A DNA stretch of 64,000 bases from a virus (IMGVR_UViG_3300010429_002123), one strand, 5' to 3'. Positions 29,182 to 39,950 are shown, counted from the first letter of the stretch. The notes: generated by a model not told the origin, from the letters alone. Numbers and translations: made by a program.

Positions 29182-29187
29182 GAAAGT

Positions 29188-30069
29188 ATGACTTTTAGAG
29201 TTGGAAAAATTTCTGGAATAGATGACGCAATAGTGTCCCTTCTCATGAGCAAAAGAACCCATACGGAAGCAAAAGAGAAGGGGATACGGGAGTTGGTAAG
29301 TGTCTTTACAAATAAAGATGGATTTTATTCAGAGGAATGTAAATTCTGTGGTATCACTGACTATAAAGAAAAAAAGCAAGAGTTTTTTGACTGGTTGTAT
29401 AAGTTGAGACATTACGGGTTGGAACTTGGTCATGAGACTCTCCTCAGATTCATAGACATCACAGTAATTGTGAAAGGCTTACACAGAGGTGCGGGTGATG
29501 ATTTAGACGCACACTCCTGTAGAATGAACAATAGAATAGTAAGGTCTTCAACAAGACTGTCTAAAAAGTATGCGAAAAAGGTGGAAAGAAGTGACTGGTA
29601 TGAAGGAAAAATTCTAACCTTTGAAGAAATAATAGACAAAGTGTCTGTTGGTTCAGACGTTGACCTGAGCTTTAAGGACAAAGTAACCCTTATTAACGGG
29701 GAAGAATGGGTGAAAACACCTTACGGCTACGTTAAAAAAGGGTACGAAGAAGATAATGATGTGCTTCGAGGACTCTATCCTCTGTCTGTCCCGTGGGACT
29801 GTATATTCAAGTGTAACTATGTTGACCTCCGGCACATTTACAGGGTAAGAGGTGAGCACTCTTCGGCTAACCCGGAGTTACGTTCGGGAGCAGAACAGAT
29901 GGCTGGAGATTTAAAAGAAAAACTTCCCGTGTTGGGAGAAGTCATAGACAAGGAGTTTGTTCTTACTGGTTACGCAGGAGACACCCCGGATTACGGGTGG
30001 GTAAAGGTCTCTGAAGTGAAAAAAGTGAGCCTGGACTATTTCGAAGAGCGAAAAGGCTTTTCGGCATAG
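29188..30069 (+). CDS. divergent ThyX-like protein
   Basis: GHETLLRF..T..VKGLHR...H..R...SSTR and N..DLRHIY..R....A.PE.R parallel ThyX motifs. Confidence 0.55.
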   Translation: MTFRVGKISGIDDAIVSLLMSKRTHTEAKEKGIRELVSVFTNKDGFYSEECKFCGITDYKEKKQEFFDWLYKLRHYGLELGHETLLRFIDITVIVKGLHRGAGDDLDAHSCRMNNRIVRSSTRLSKKYAKKVERSDWYEGKILTFEEIIDKVSVGSDVDLSFKDKVTLINGEEWVKTPYGYVKKGYEEDNDVLRGLYPLSVPWDCIFKCNYVDLRHIYRVRGEHSSANPELRSGAEQMAGDLKEKLPVLGEVIDKEFVLTGYAGDTPDYGWVKVSEVKKVSLDYFEERKGFSA

Positions 30070-30123
30070 CAAGAAGGATTTTTGTTACCGCAAAATACCA
30101 ACGCAAAAAGGGGGAGACGTTCA

Positions 30124-30390
30124 ATGAGTGCAGAAAAACTTGCGAAGGAACTGTTTGAAGCGTATGAAGAAAAAGAGCTTTTGGAGAAGAAAATAACAGG
30201 TATAAAAAACGCTCTTGCCACGGAACTGATGAAGAGTGGGGCAATTGTCTCCCAGGATTCAAAACTCTGTGGTCTCGTAAAAATAAATACGGATAAAGGA
30301 GAAAAAACTTACAAGTGTGAGGTCGAATTTGATTTTTATGAGCCTCATGGTGAAGAAGATGAGGAGGATAACTGGACGTACTTATGGTAA
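30124..30390 (+). CDS. hypothetical protein
   Basis: GGGGAG RBS; C-terminal half resembles 63417 (KTY.C). Confidence 0.5.
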   Translation: MSAEKLAKELFEAYEEKELLEKKITGIKNALATELMKSGAIVSQDSKLCGLVKINTDKGEKTYKCEVEFDFYEPHGEEDEEDNWTYLW

Positions 30391-31034
30391 CTTATGATGT
30401 GATAGAAAGGATGACTAATGTTATGTTGTTTGGTCTTGAAGGAAATGTTGGCGTTGGGAAAAGCAGAGCTATAGATGTGTTACGAGAAGCCTCGAAAAAT
30501 GACCTGCAAGTCATCAGCGAGCCTCTGGAAGACATCTTACCTACATTAGAGAGGTTTTATTCGAACCCCTCTTACTACGCTTTCCCGTTTCAGGTCTCTA
30601 TGCTTTTGAGAAGAGCCAGAATTCATTTCTATGAACTCAGGCACAGCACAAAATCTTTTATAGTAGAAAGAACTATTTACACAGACAGAAATGTTTTTGC
30701 TCTTGCTGTAAAAGACAGTGGGTTCATAGACGACATTCAGTTTAAAGAATATCTCGGAATGTTTGATGAGCTTTCACACTTTGTTAAAGAGCCAGATGTT
30801 TATGTGTATCTTCGTGGAGACGTTGACTTCTTGCTTGAGAGAATCCATCGGAGAGGGAGAAAAGGTGAAGAGAAGATAACCAGAGATTACCTTTTGACCT
30901 TGCAGGACTTTTATGACCGGTGGCTTTTAGAAAACCCAAGAAGCCATTGTGTGAAGATAGATAGAGACTTGTCTAACGAAGAACTGCTTGAAGTAATTTC
31001 CAGTGCTACTGGACTTTCTTTCGGAAAAAACTGA
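30384..31034 (+). CDS. deoxynucleoside kinase
   Basis: EGNVGVGKS, EP, FQ, ERTIYTDR.VF, PD..VYL, RI..RGR.GE. Confidence 0.9.
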   Translation: MVTYDVIERMTNVMLFGLEGNVGVGKSRAIDVLREASKNDLQVISEPLEDILPTLERFYSNPSYYAFPFQVSMLLRRARIHFYELRHSTKSFIVERTIYTDRNVFALAVKDSGFIDDIQFKEYLGMFDELSHFVKEPDVYVYLRGDVDFLLERIHRRGRKGEEKITRDYLLTLQDFYDRWLLENPRSHCVKIDRDLSNEELLEVISSATGLSFGKN

Positions 31035-31162
31035 TAAAAAGTCTCTTGACACAACGGTCATTGTATGGTATGATAAAAAATAGTCGAAAAACTCAGTAAA
31101 GACAAGGGCTTTTTGAGAAAGAAGCAAGGTAAACGAAAAAGGTAAGAAAGGGTAAGAACATT

Positions 31163-31969
31163 TTGGAAGAAATACTGATAGAACCCACAGAAACCCTCGG
31201 AGAGTTCATAGAACGCTGGGTAAGGGAAAGACCCACCCCCGTGGTTGGTTCCGTTAAAAATGACGTGAGTATTTATGTAGGGCAGAATAAAAAACGTCTC
31301 ATGTCTCTTCTTTCCGCCTCGGTAATAGAAAAAGATTTAGAGAGAACGTTATACCTGGGAAGTTCTTTGATTCTTGGCGGAGTGTGCAAAGAGACACTCG
31401 GGAGAAAGTTTTTGATGCTGGCCGGAAAAGCTCCCTGTTTGGACATAGACACTTTAGAAAATGTCTTTTCCTTATACCAGCAGGAAAAAACGGGGAAAAA
31501 CCTCCTGCTGATGTTAGCTTCTATCTGTCTTCGGGGAGAACACCCGCATAAGCATTACTATCATGAAGCTCTCAAGGACACTACTCATTCTGCCGTTAGT
31601 TCCACACTAATAGCAAGGTGGCTTATCGAAGGAGGCATGGAGGATTTCCCAAACTTTATGCGTTCAAGATATGAATTTCTTGTCTGGAGCGGTTCAATCC
31701 GAATGTATGCCCTTTATATAAAAGACCTTCTTTCTCAAAAAGCTCTTTCTGAGCGACTAAAAAATCTTATAGGAAAAATAAATCTTATAGCAAAAGACCT
31801 TGAGGACTGTCAAGACCCTTCTTTGGTGAATATCTTAGTGTTTCTCTCTTATTACGGAGAACACTCCGGCAATACTCTCCAGACTGTTACGGAACTATGC
31901 AGTCAAAAAATAGAGGGAGTAAAAACAAGAGTAAAACGAGACCTCTGCAATCGCCTGTTGGAGTTCTGA
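31163..31969 (+). CDS. hypothetical protein
   Basis: 268-aa ORF behind a TTGACA/TATGAT promoter. Confidence 0.5.
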   Translation: MEEILIEPTETLGEFIERWVRERPTPVVGSVKNDVSIYVGQNKKRLMSLLSASVIEKDLERTLYLGSSLILGGVCKETLGRKFLMLAGKAPCLDIDTLENVFSLYQQEKTGKNLLLMLASICLRGEHPHKHYYHEALKDTTHSAVSSTLIARWLIEGGMEDFPNFMRSRYEFLVWSGSIRMYALYIKDLLSQKALSERLKNLIGKINLIAKDLEDCQDPSLVNILVFLSYYGEHSGNTLQTVTELCSQKIEGVKTRVKRDLCNRLLEF

Positions 31970-32015
31970 AGTTCCTCACACGAGACACAAAATACCAGAA
32001 AGGAACAGAGAAAGA

Positions 32016-32411
32016 ATGACGTTTTTTTCCAAACTTAATACCTTTAAAGCCAGAAGTGTTATGGCCTTTCTTATTCTTTCCATTATAACACTCTGTGCTT
32101 TTTGTTTGCTGGGGACAAAACCCGCAACACCAAAAGACAGTTACCGAGAATTGACTGTCCTGGCAACCGCCTATACCCACACGGGTAATACCACGGCTAC
32201 AGGAGTGTGGCCTTACTATGGTACAGTTTCTGTTGACCCCGAAGTGATTCCCTTACATTCCAAACTTTCTATAGAAAACTATGGTTCGGGTACAGCTCTC
32301 GATACTGGGGGGGACATCAAGGGAAACAGAATTGACGTGTTTTTTGACACCTATGAAGAGGCAATACAATGGGGCAGAAAAACAGTGAAGGTGAAGGTTT
32401 ATTACAAGTAG
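32016..32411 (+). CDS. 3D-domain (lytic transglycosylase-like) membrane or secreted protein
   Basis: ATAY, VDPEVIPL, ALDTGGDIKGNRIDVF, WGRKTVKV; N-terminal TM. Confidence 0.9.
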   Translation: MTFFSKLNTFKARSVMAFLILSIITLCAFCLLGTKPATPKDSYRELTVLATAYTHTGNTTATGVWPYYGTVSVDPEVIPLHSKLSIENYGSGTALDTGGDIKGNRIDVFFDTYEEAIQWGRKTVKVKVYYK

Positions 32412-32932
32412 AAGACTTAAGTGCCGGAGTTGAGGTAAGAATCTTCAGGAAACGAGGCTCAGAAGTCTTTCATGGGGTAAACCAGCAGAGAACACCTCTG
32501 TGGGGATACGGGAGGGTAGAACTTTTTAACGGAAAAGAACTGATAAAAGGTTTTCTACCCTCATTCTCTCTTGAAGGTAGAGATACCGCCTTCTCACCGG
32601 TTTTCGGAAAAGAGGTTTCCCTGACAAATCTGACTATGTTCTTCGGAACAATAGTTATGGACATAAATGACTATCAGACTCTTGAAGAAAGATTTTCTGG
32701 TGGGCTTACAAAAATTACCTGCTGGAATGGGGCAGACGACTGGAGAATGGAGTGCCACGGTTTCTTATGTGGTTGTAGCACAGACCCCGATTACACCCTT
32801 TCCGACACGCGGAAAATAAGTTTAAAAATATCTTGCTTATTAGTAAGTGAGGGGCTTTTTCTAGATAAATTATGTGGTATACTAGGTATACAGAAAAACA
32901 GTTTGACTATTGAAAATGATACTTTAAGTTAA
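32369..32932 (+). CDS. hypothetical protein
   Basis: 187-aa ORF, start uncertain. Confidence 0.4.
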   Translation: MGQKNSEGEGLLQVEDLSAGVEVRIFRKRGSEVFHGVNQQRTPLWGYGRVELFNGKELIKGFLPSFSLEGRDTAFSPVFGKEVSLTNLTMFFGTIVMDINDYQTLEERFSGGLTKITCWNGADDWRMECHGFLCGCSTDPDYTLSDTRKISLKISCLLVSEGLFLDKLCGILGIQKNSLTIENDTLS

Positions 32933-32975
32933 CAAGAACTAAAATAATTCAGTATAACAAAAAGGAGAAGATATT

Positions 32976-33239
32976 ATGCAGTTTGGAGAACCACAGGACT
33001 TTTCAAGAGACAGACGCTTGGCAAAAGTTGACCTCGACCGAAGAGTCTGGAGAATAGCCCGAACGTCAGTAATAAACAACATGACCCCTGAAGAAAGAGA
33101 ATCTTTCTTCCAGGTAACAACAGAGGCTGAAGACTTCAACAGTCTTCCCCCCAACATACAGGACATAGTAAAAAAAGGTGAAAAAGAAAAAGAACAGGAG
33201 ATAGCAGGAATTAACCCGGCAGTCATAAAACGTGATTAA
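32976..33239 (+). CDS. hypothetical protein, paralog of 33273
   Basis: shared PEER...F..LP...E.E.E.E.AG motif. Confidence 0.6.
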   Translation: MQFGEPQDFSRDRRLAKVDLDRRVWRIARTSVINNMTPEERESFFQVTTEAEDFNSLPPNIQDIVKKGEKEKEQEIAGINPAVIKRD

Positions 33240-33272
33240 GTAGCTAAAGAGCAAAGATAAAGCACGAATAAA

Positions 33273-33551
33273 ATGACTGTCTTGGAGTTACCTGAGCTAA
33301 AAAGTATGGATGCAGATGCTTTTTTACCTAATTGCAGAGTTTCCCCACAGTACTTAAACCTCCAAAGAAGATACCTCCGTGTCCAAAACGCTGACTGCTT
33401 TACCCGCATTTCTCCAGAAGAAAGACAAAAAACTATCCAGTCTATAAAGCAGTCTCTGAGCTTTGATGCCCTGCCAGAGAAAGAAAAAGAACTTCTCCTG
33501 CAGGCAGAAAGAGAAAAAGAACGCGAGCTTGCGGGAGTAAAAACCCCATAA
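33273..33551 (+). CDS. hypothetical protein, paralog of 32976
   Basis: shared motif as above. Confidence 0.6.
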   Translation: MTVLELPELKSMDADAFLPNCRVSPQYLNLQRRYLRVQNADCFTRISPEERQKTIQSIKQSLSFDALPEKEKELLLQAEREKERELAGVKTP

Positions 33552-33646
33552 GATTTTCGTTCTTTTGTCCAACCCGCAAAGAACCAACAGACAATCAACA
33601 AGCAACAAGCAACAAGCAATAACTAATAACAATAGGAGGGTAGTTT

Positions 33647-36559
33647 ATGCTACTTACAGATGACTTTATCGGTCGCTACGAGAAAGAAGTCCCCTTTGAT
33701 GACTTAGGGGAATTTGTTTTCTACAGAACTTACAGCAGATGGAACGAAGAAAAGGGACGGAGGGAAACATGGCCGGAAGTTTGCCGGAGAGCTCTCGAGT
33801 ATAATATGTCCCTCGGCATAGAAAGAGAACCTAAGAGTAAACTCCCGGCTTACAGGGAAGAAATGGAAAAACTTTTCGATAATGTCTTTAACTTAAGACA
33901 GTTTTGCTCCGGGAGAACTCTCTGGATAGGTGGAACCCCAGCGAGTGAAAAGCACAGTATCTCTCACTTTAACTGTGCAGCCCTCATTATAAATAAACCT
34001 AAATCTTTTTCTGACCTCTTTTATCTCTTGATGGTAGGAGCCGGAGTGGGCTTTAGAATATTAAAAACAGACGTGGAAAAACTTCCCCGGTTCAGAACAG
34101 ACCTTGTAATAAATCACATTCATAATCAAAATATAAAAAGACCTTTCAGAAAAGAGTTCACAGAATACGAAATAAGTGATAATAAAATGTGCATAACAGT
34201 TGGAGATTCTAAGGAGGGTAAGAGACAACTCCCAGCCCTCTGTAAACTTGGTGAACCTATAAATATAGGGTGTGCAGTGAACGTATTAGGAGTTGCAGTA
34301 ACTGGCAACTAGTCACTGTGCTAACAGGGGAAGCATTGATGAAATGTAATCCTGTGCTAAGGTCACTTGCAACGTTGTCATCTCTGTGTTAAACTATAGG
34401 GGAGGTGATAGCAAATGATAGAACAAAGGGTTTATCTGGAAATTTGCAAGTGTACAAAGTTAAACGACTACCGAAAGGCGCTCAATAAATGAGCGAACTG
34501 AGTAGGGTAGGGTAAAGATGAAACGCTTTACCCGAAGTGCCAAGCGTTGGGTGCAACACACACCCATAATGATATAGTCTGATAGCAATCGTGGATAAAA
34601 GCTCTGGACTTGATGCTTAGAATACACTACGCAGAAGAGTATGTGTCTCTGACAGAACTGTTTATAGTCTATGATAATATACGAAGAAAAGGAGAGAGGC
34701 TGAGAACTTTCGGGGGCACTGCCTCAGGTTACAAGAGTCTTCGAACCATGTTCGAAAAAATCTCTTCTGTTATTAAAAGAGATAAAATGGAAAAAAGAAA
34801 AAAGTTACTCCCTATAGACTGCCTCGACATCTGCAATATTATAGGTGAGAACGTAGTTATAGGGGGGGTAAGAAGAACCTCCGAACTCGCTATGTTCGAC
34901 TCAGATGATAAAGAGGTAAAATTTGCTAAGGAAATTTTGGGTGCAACTGATGGTAAGATGTTCTCCCACAGGTATGTAAGTAACAACAGTATTATGTATA
35001 GGGAAAAGCCAACTGAACAGGAGTTAGAAAATCATTTGTCCAACATAAAGTGGACGGGCGAGCCCGGCTTTATAAACGCAGAGTGTGCTAAAAAGAGAAA
35101 TCCGAACTTCGAAATAGTCAACCCGTGTCACGTAGGTGAAACCCTGATAGGAGTGGCCGACGGTCGAAACGCTGTGAGTATCAAACAACTAACAGAAGAG
35201 GGGAAAGACGTCCCTGTATTCTGCTATGACACCGAAAAGGAAGAAATCGCAATAAGAACAGCCAGACACTTTAGAAAAACAAGGGAAAAAGCTGAAGTGT
35301 GGAAACTTACTCTAGATGACGGTTCTCACATTATTTCTACCCCAGACCATAACTACATGTTAAGAACCGGGGAAGAGAGAAAGTTACGAGACTTGAAACC
35401 CGGAGATTCCCTTATGCCTTTCTACAAAGGGTGCACAAACAGGACTGTAAAAAACTCGGTCAATAACCGGCAAAAGGTAAAAAGTGTTGAGTTTTACGGT
35501 TACGAAGATGTTTACAATACTACTGTTGACGAGTTTCATAACTATGCTATAGTGACCAGCGACAAATGCAAGGGTAAAAAAGTCCGTAATAAAAGTGTAA
35601 AATACGGATATTCTGGGGTAATAGGTCTAAATTGTGCTGAAATTCTGCTTCACAATATGGGTTTATGTAACCTGACAACTGTTAATGCAAAAGCCTTCGT
35701 GTCGGAAAAAGGCTGTGACGAAAAGAAACTGCTTGAAGCTGCGAGACTTTCAGCAAGAATGGCCTTAAGAATGACCTGCCTTGACCTGGAACTTCCCGAC
35801 TGGGACGAGAAACAGAAGGAGCACAGACTCATAGGGGTAAGCGTAACCGGATGGCAAGACGCTGTAAATTATGGAAAGCTCTCTATACCTTACCAGGAAA
35901 AACTCCTGAGCCTTATGAAAAAGACCGTAAAAACAGAAGCCTCTTCCTACTCAAAAGACCTCGGAATACCCGAACCTCTCCTCACTACATGTGTTAAACC
36001 TGAGGGTTCGCTTAGTTTACTACCGGGAGTTTCTGCAGGGGTGCACTACAGTCACTCTCCTTATTATATAAGAAGGGTGAGAATAAGTGATTCCGACCCG
36101 CTTTTACGAGTAGCCGAAGACCTCGGCTGGAGTATACACAATGAAAACGGAAATAACCAGGTAAAAGTAATTGAGTTCCCCTGTGCCTCTCCTCCGGGAA
36201 AGACAAAGGGAAACGTAACGGCTATAGAACAGATGGAAAACTATAAAAGGTTTATGACCCATTATGTGGAGCATAATGTCTCTATAACAGTGCACGTAAG
36301 AGATACAGAATGGAAAGCTGTCCGTAAGTGGTTGTGGGAAAACTGGGACGGAGTGGTTGCCATGACCTTTATCTCTCATGGAGATAACGGCTTTTATAAG
36401 CTGATGCCTTATGAGGAAACCACAAAAGAAGTTTATGAACAGATGAAAAACTCTCAGAAAAAGTTTAACCCTTCTCTCCTTCAGGCTTACGAGAAAAAAG
36501 AAGGTGAGTATGACCTCTTAGAAAACGGCTGTACGAATGGAATCTGCCCCGTGCGCTGA
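33647..36559 (+). CDS. nrdJ: class II (B12-dependent, RTPR-type) ribonucleotide reductase, join(33647..34219,34592..36559), intein-containing
   Basis: FYRTYSR, SGRTLW, FNCA, GDSKEG|WIKAL restored by splicing, GGVRRTS, NP[intein]CAEI, TCVKPEG, C-terminal CTNGICP. Confidence 0.92.
34220..34591 (+). mobile_element. group I intron (372 nt) without an intact ORF
   Basis: exon GAGGGU pairs with IGS GCCCTC (U.G wobble); AACGACTA and ATGATATAGTCT core; ends CAATCG like intron 1. Confidence 0.88.
35126..35632 (+). mobile_element. mini-intein (169 aa) at the RNR active-site NP|C
   Basis: starts CHVGETLI, TPDH block B, VYNTTVDEFHNY block F, ends GLN before the catalytic Cys. Confidence 0.85.
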
Positions 36560-36603
36560 CGGGAGCACTTACCTATATAATAGAGGCGGGTGCCTGAAAA
36601 TGA

Positions 36604-36637
36604 AACGGGCGGTGTGCTTACACCGCTCGTTCTTTTA
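36604..36637 (+). terminator. intrinsic terminator
   Basis: AACGGGCGGTGT...ACACCGCTCGTT-CTTTT after nrdJ. Confidence 0.65.
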
Positions 36638-36975
36638 CCTGAAATCAATTATTTTTCCCTCAAAATCAGTATAGCACACGACAGAGTAATTTACAAGGGG
36701 CAAAAAAGAAACTCGGGCGGTGGTAAATCCGCCCGAAATTAAGAAAAACGTTATCACAGTCTGCTACTGTCACCTAAGATTGTAATTATTGTAAAAAGTG
36801 TCAAACCTTAGCCTTACTTTAAGGAGGCAAAAGGAGTATGATTTATTATACAAAGTTTTGTAAGATTTGTCAAGCCACATTTGAGAAAAAAGAGCATTAC
36901 AGGTATAGTAAGAAGAGCCTCAAATCATTGACATGCCAGATTTTCTATATTATAATAAAAAAGAGGTGATTTGCT

Positions 36976-37218
36976 ATGGTTACATTAGACAATGAGTTCC
37001 TTCAGGGAGTTATGCCGAAGCTGAAAAACGGGAGCTTAAAACTCTTTCTTTACTTATTAGAACACAGAAACGAAGACAATATAGTTCTTTTTAGTCCAAC
37101 AGAAGCCTGCACAGTATTTAATAAGAACATTCGTACTATTGAGACCTGGTTAGATGACTTAAAAGATTTTAAGTTACTTGAAGGTTCAAAGTATATAAAA
37201 AAGATTTTCTGTTATTAA
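36976..37218 (+). CDS. small winged-helix protein (RepL-like)
   Basis: LKLFLYLL...RTIETWLDDLKDFKLL; own promoter and GAGGTG RBS. Confidence 0.5.
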   Translation: MVTLDNEFLQGVMPKLKNGSLKLFLYLLEHRNEDNIVLFSPTEACTVFNKNIRTIETWLDDLKDFKLLEGSKYIKKIFCY

Positions 37219-37433
37219 ATTTTTGTTCTCTGTATCTTAAACTTATGACAAAAAACCGCTTCACGGTTGGTTATGAAGTGGCCTCGTTACGAGTCTTTCT
37301 GTATAAGGTTCTTCTCCTCCAACTAGTCTCAAAAAGAAAGTTAAATAATTTTTACAAAAAGTATTGACATTTATAAAATACTGTAGTATACTGATTATAG
37401 TGAAAGAAACAAAAACGAACGGAGGAACGTAAA

Positions 37434-37727
37434 ATGAGAGACCTAAAAAAAGGCTCCGTAACGGAGCGAAAATATAAAGAGGCCGTTGAAGAGATTCAGA
37501 ACTGTGAAAGAAAAATGAAAGAGGCCACCGAGAAGATGGTTGAACTTGCCAGTAAGTTCAACCCAAGACGGAGTCTCGGTTTCCAGGGCGAAATGTGCAA
37601 ATTAATGGACGTGTTCTCAATGTGGAGCAACCGAAAATACGCTGCGTCCAGCGTCCAGGATACTCTCTGGAGAATGGAAATGGCTGGCGAACTTCAATTG
37701 GAACCGGAGGTGACAGTGAATGTATAG
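37434..37727 (+). CDS. hypothetical early protein
   Basis: behind conserved promoter 37349; GGAGG RBS. Confidence 0.6.
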   Translation: MRDLKKGSVTERKYKEAVEEIQNCERKMKEATEKMVELASKFNPRRSLGFQGEMCKLMDVFSMWSNRKYAASSVQDTLWRMEMAGELQLEPEVTVNV

Positions 37728-37920
37728 CGTTTACGCCATAAAGGCCACAAGGGAAGAAATGGAGCAGAAGCCCATAAAAGAAGTTCTGGCTATAATGAAG
37801 AACCGGAAAGAAAAAGTCATAGCTGAAATCGAGGCCAACAGCCCGGAAGAGGCTCTGAAAAAAGTGGATTGCCCGGAGGGCTGGTTTATAGTCCGGGTAA
37901 CAGAAGTTGAAGTAAGCTAA
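37720..37920 (+). CDS. hypothetical protein
   Basis: GGAGGTG RBS; EIEANSPEEA motif. Confidence 0.55.
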   Translation: MYSVYAIKATREEMEQKPIKEVLAIMKNRKEKVIAEIEANSPEEALKKVDCPEGWFIVRVTEVEVS

Positions 37921-37957
37921 AATCGAAAGCGAGAAACGGAAAGGGGCAAAACAAAAA

Positions 37958-38287
37958 ATGATAAATACAGCAACATTGATAGACACATCAAAGAGCGTCT
38001 ATGGGCTCTATGAAGTAGCAAAAAAAGGAAAAAAGGTTACCATAGGAACCTCAAACAGACTTCACGAAATGTCTGTGAGGGAACTTTCTACAGGAGTGAC
38101 CCACAGAGTGAAGGTCTGGCAAAATACTAACAGAGAGATAGGCAAGTCCGGGTGTATCGAAGCCCTCTCTGTCTGTGAAAAACACCGTGGGTTTGAAATG
38201 TGCTTTCCTCCAACACTAATAAGTCAGGGAAGAGAAGAAATACAGTGTTGCCCCTGCCTTCTTGAGGCCGTGCAGAAAACTTATTAA
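37958..38287 (+). CDS. hypothetical protein
   Basis: 109-aa ORF in the operon. Confidence 0.5.
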   Translation: MINTATLIDTSKSVYGLYEVAKKGKKVTIGTSNRLHEMSVRELSTGVTHRVKVWQNTNREIGKSGCIEALSVCEKHRGFEMCFPPTLISQGREEIQCCPCLLEAVQKTY

Positions 38288-38301
38288 AGGGAGAGATAAC
38301 C

Positions 38302-38718
38302 ATGAGCAAAGAAATAAAAAGCGGAATATTTAAAACGTCAGACGTAGAGGAGTTGAGTCTTCTCGGTGAGTATATAAACTTAAGTTATGCGGAACACTGT
38401 GAAGTCTGCCCGGAAGAATATCATGACGCTTGCTTTGAGGATTTGCCTGACGACAGTAAGCTCTACGGCTATGTTATGACCGAGGAAAAAGAACTAAGAG
38501 AAGACCCTGAAGCGGACTTTGTGGCTATAGAGTCAGGGTCTGCTATACAGGTGATAAAAAGTAAGTGGACAATTCAGGTCGGAATGCCCCGAACATTCCC
38601 AGACCTTAGAAACCGGAGTTCCGATGAACCCGGTAATATAGAGATGTTTTCCCTGCCTCCCGAAGTTCTTGTCGAGGAACTTCGCCGTAGAGTTGTGGAC
38701 TGTGTCCCGCAGGTGTAA
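38302..38718 (+). CDS. hypothetical protein
   Basis: AAGGGGAG RBS, 138 aa. Confidence 0.55.
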   Translation: MSKEIKSGIFKTSDVEELSLLGEYINLSYAEHCEVCPEEYHDACFEDLPDDSKLYGYVMTEEKELREDPEADFVAIESGSAIQVIKSKWTIQVGMPRTFPDLRNRSSDEPGNIEMFSLPPEVLVEELRRRVVDCVPQV

Positions 38719-39254
38719 AACGTCTGTTACCCCCTTAATCTTAACGTTTCTTGACTTGACATTAATTAGACTCTGTTTGGTGATTACCAACAGAGTCTTT
38801 TTCTTTGCGGAAAAGTCCTTGTCCTCACGCACTCTTTAAAAATGGTAAAAATAAGTTCCAAAATACTATGTTACTTTATCAAAAAAGTATGCCAGAAAGT
38901 CTTACACCACAACCGTATTCAATAAACGTATAAATAAGTTCCAAAATACTGAACCGCAATAATCACGTTTTCGGAAAAAATGTCCTAAACAGTAAAATCG
39001 GTATTATTCGTAAAATCGGAAAAACTCTTCTTGGGTAAGCATAAGAGATACCACATACAGTGCTTGCCACTGTATCATCCCACGCCGATGAAAATCGGCG
39101 GCCAATCTCTCTCTCGCTCACGCTCGCGAACGCGTAGGCGTGAGCTGGGGGGATTCCCCTCGAACGCGAAGCGAGAGAGGGTAGGGAGAGAGAGTTGAGT
39201 GGCTTTCGTTAAATGGCTTTTGTTACATGGTTTTTATTATATGGTTTAGTTCGG

Positions 39255-39353
39255 GTAACGCAGCGTTACTCCCCAGTAACACAGTGTTACTCCCCAGTAA
39301 CGCAGCGTTACTCCCCAGTAACACAGTGTTACTCCCCAGTAACGCAGCGTTAC
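39255..39353. repeat. five 15-bp palindromes at 21-bp period (iteron-like)
   Basis: alternating GTAACGCAGCGTTAC and GTAACACAGTGTTAC separated by TCCCCA. Confidence 0.92.
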
Positions 39354-39551
39354 TGGTAAGTGGTTAACTTTACTACCTACTTGACAATCAAAAACTTTCA
39401 TGCTAGTATACGGGTATCAGGAAGGTTCTAGGGTAAAATAAAGAAGACCCGGTTGTAAAACGAGTCCTCTTTCGTAGTAAGTCTGTGTGTATTCTAGCAA
39501 AAAAGTGCAAAGATGTAAAGTCCTAAAACCTTGAAGAAAGGTGAAAATGTT

Positions 39552-39950
39552 ATGGCAACCGAAAAGCGGGAAAGAACTTACTTTGAAATTCCAAGAGAGT
39601 TGACAAAGAGGAAAGGTCTCTTAGTGTCGGATAGGCTGGTTCTGATAGGTCTCTGTTCCCAACGGGACGTCGAATCTGGTGGAACTTTTATTTCTGTTTC
39701 GGAGTTAGCCTTATTCGCACGTCTCTCACGGACAACTATTGTAGCATCAGTAAAGAGATTAAAAAAGGCGAAGATAATATCAGTCGTAGTGAAAAAGGGG
39801 GAAACTTCTTTTTACAAGATAATAGACCCTGTAATGGCAGACCAGTTAAAGGGCACAAAAGGTGGTAAGATTTCGTTGCGTGATTCTCGGTGGTGGCTTC
39901 TCCCACAACATTACCAACGTCTGCACATGAAAAAAGTGCCAACCAAGTAG
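39552..39950 (+). CDS. HTH_36-like winged-helix protein
   Basis: YFEIP, SVSELA...LSRTTIVASVKRLKKAKII. Confidence 0.7.
   Translation: MATEKRERTYFEIPRELTKRKGLLVSDRLVLIGLCSQRDVESGGTFISVSELALFARLSRTTIVASVKRLKKAKIISVVVKKGETSFYKIIDPVMADQLKGTKGGKISLRDSRWWLLPQHYQRLHMKKVPTK

Noticed and set aside
39255-39353. 21-bp repeats as a CRISPR array
   Set aside because: The linkers are identical 6-mers, not unique spacers
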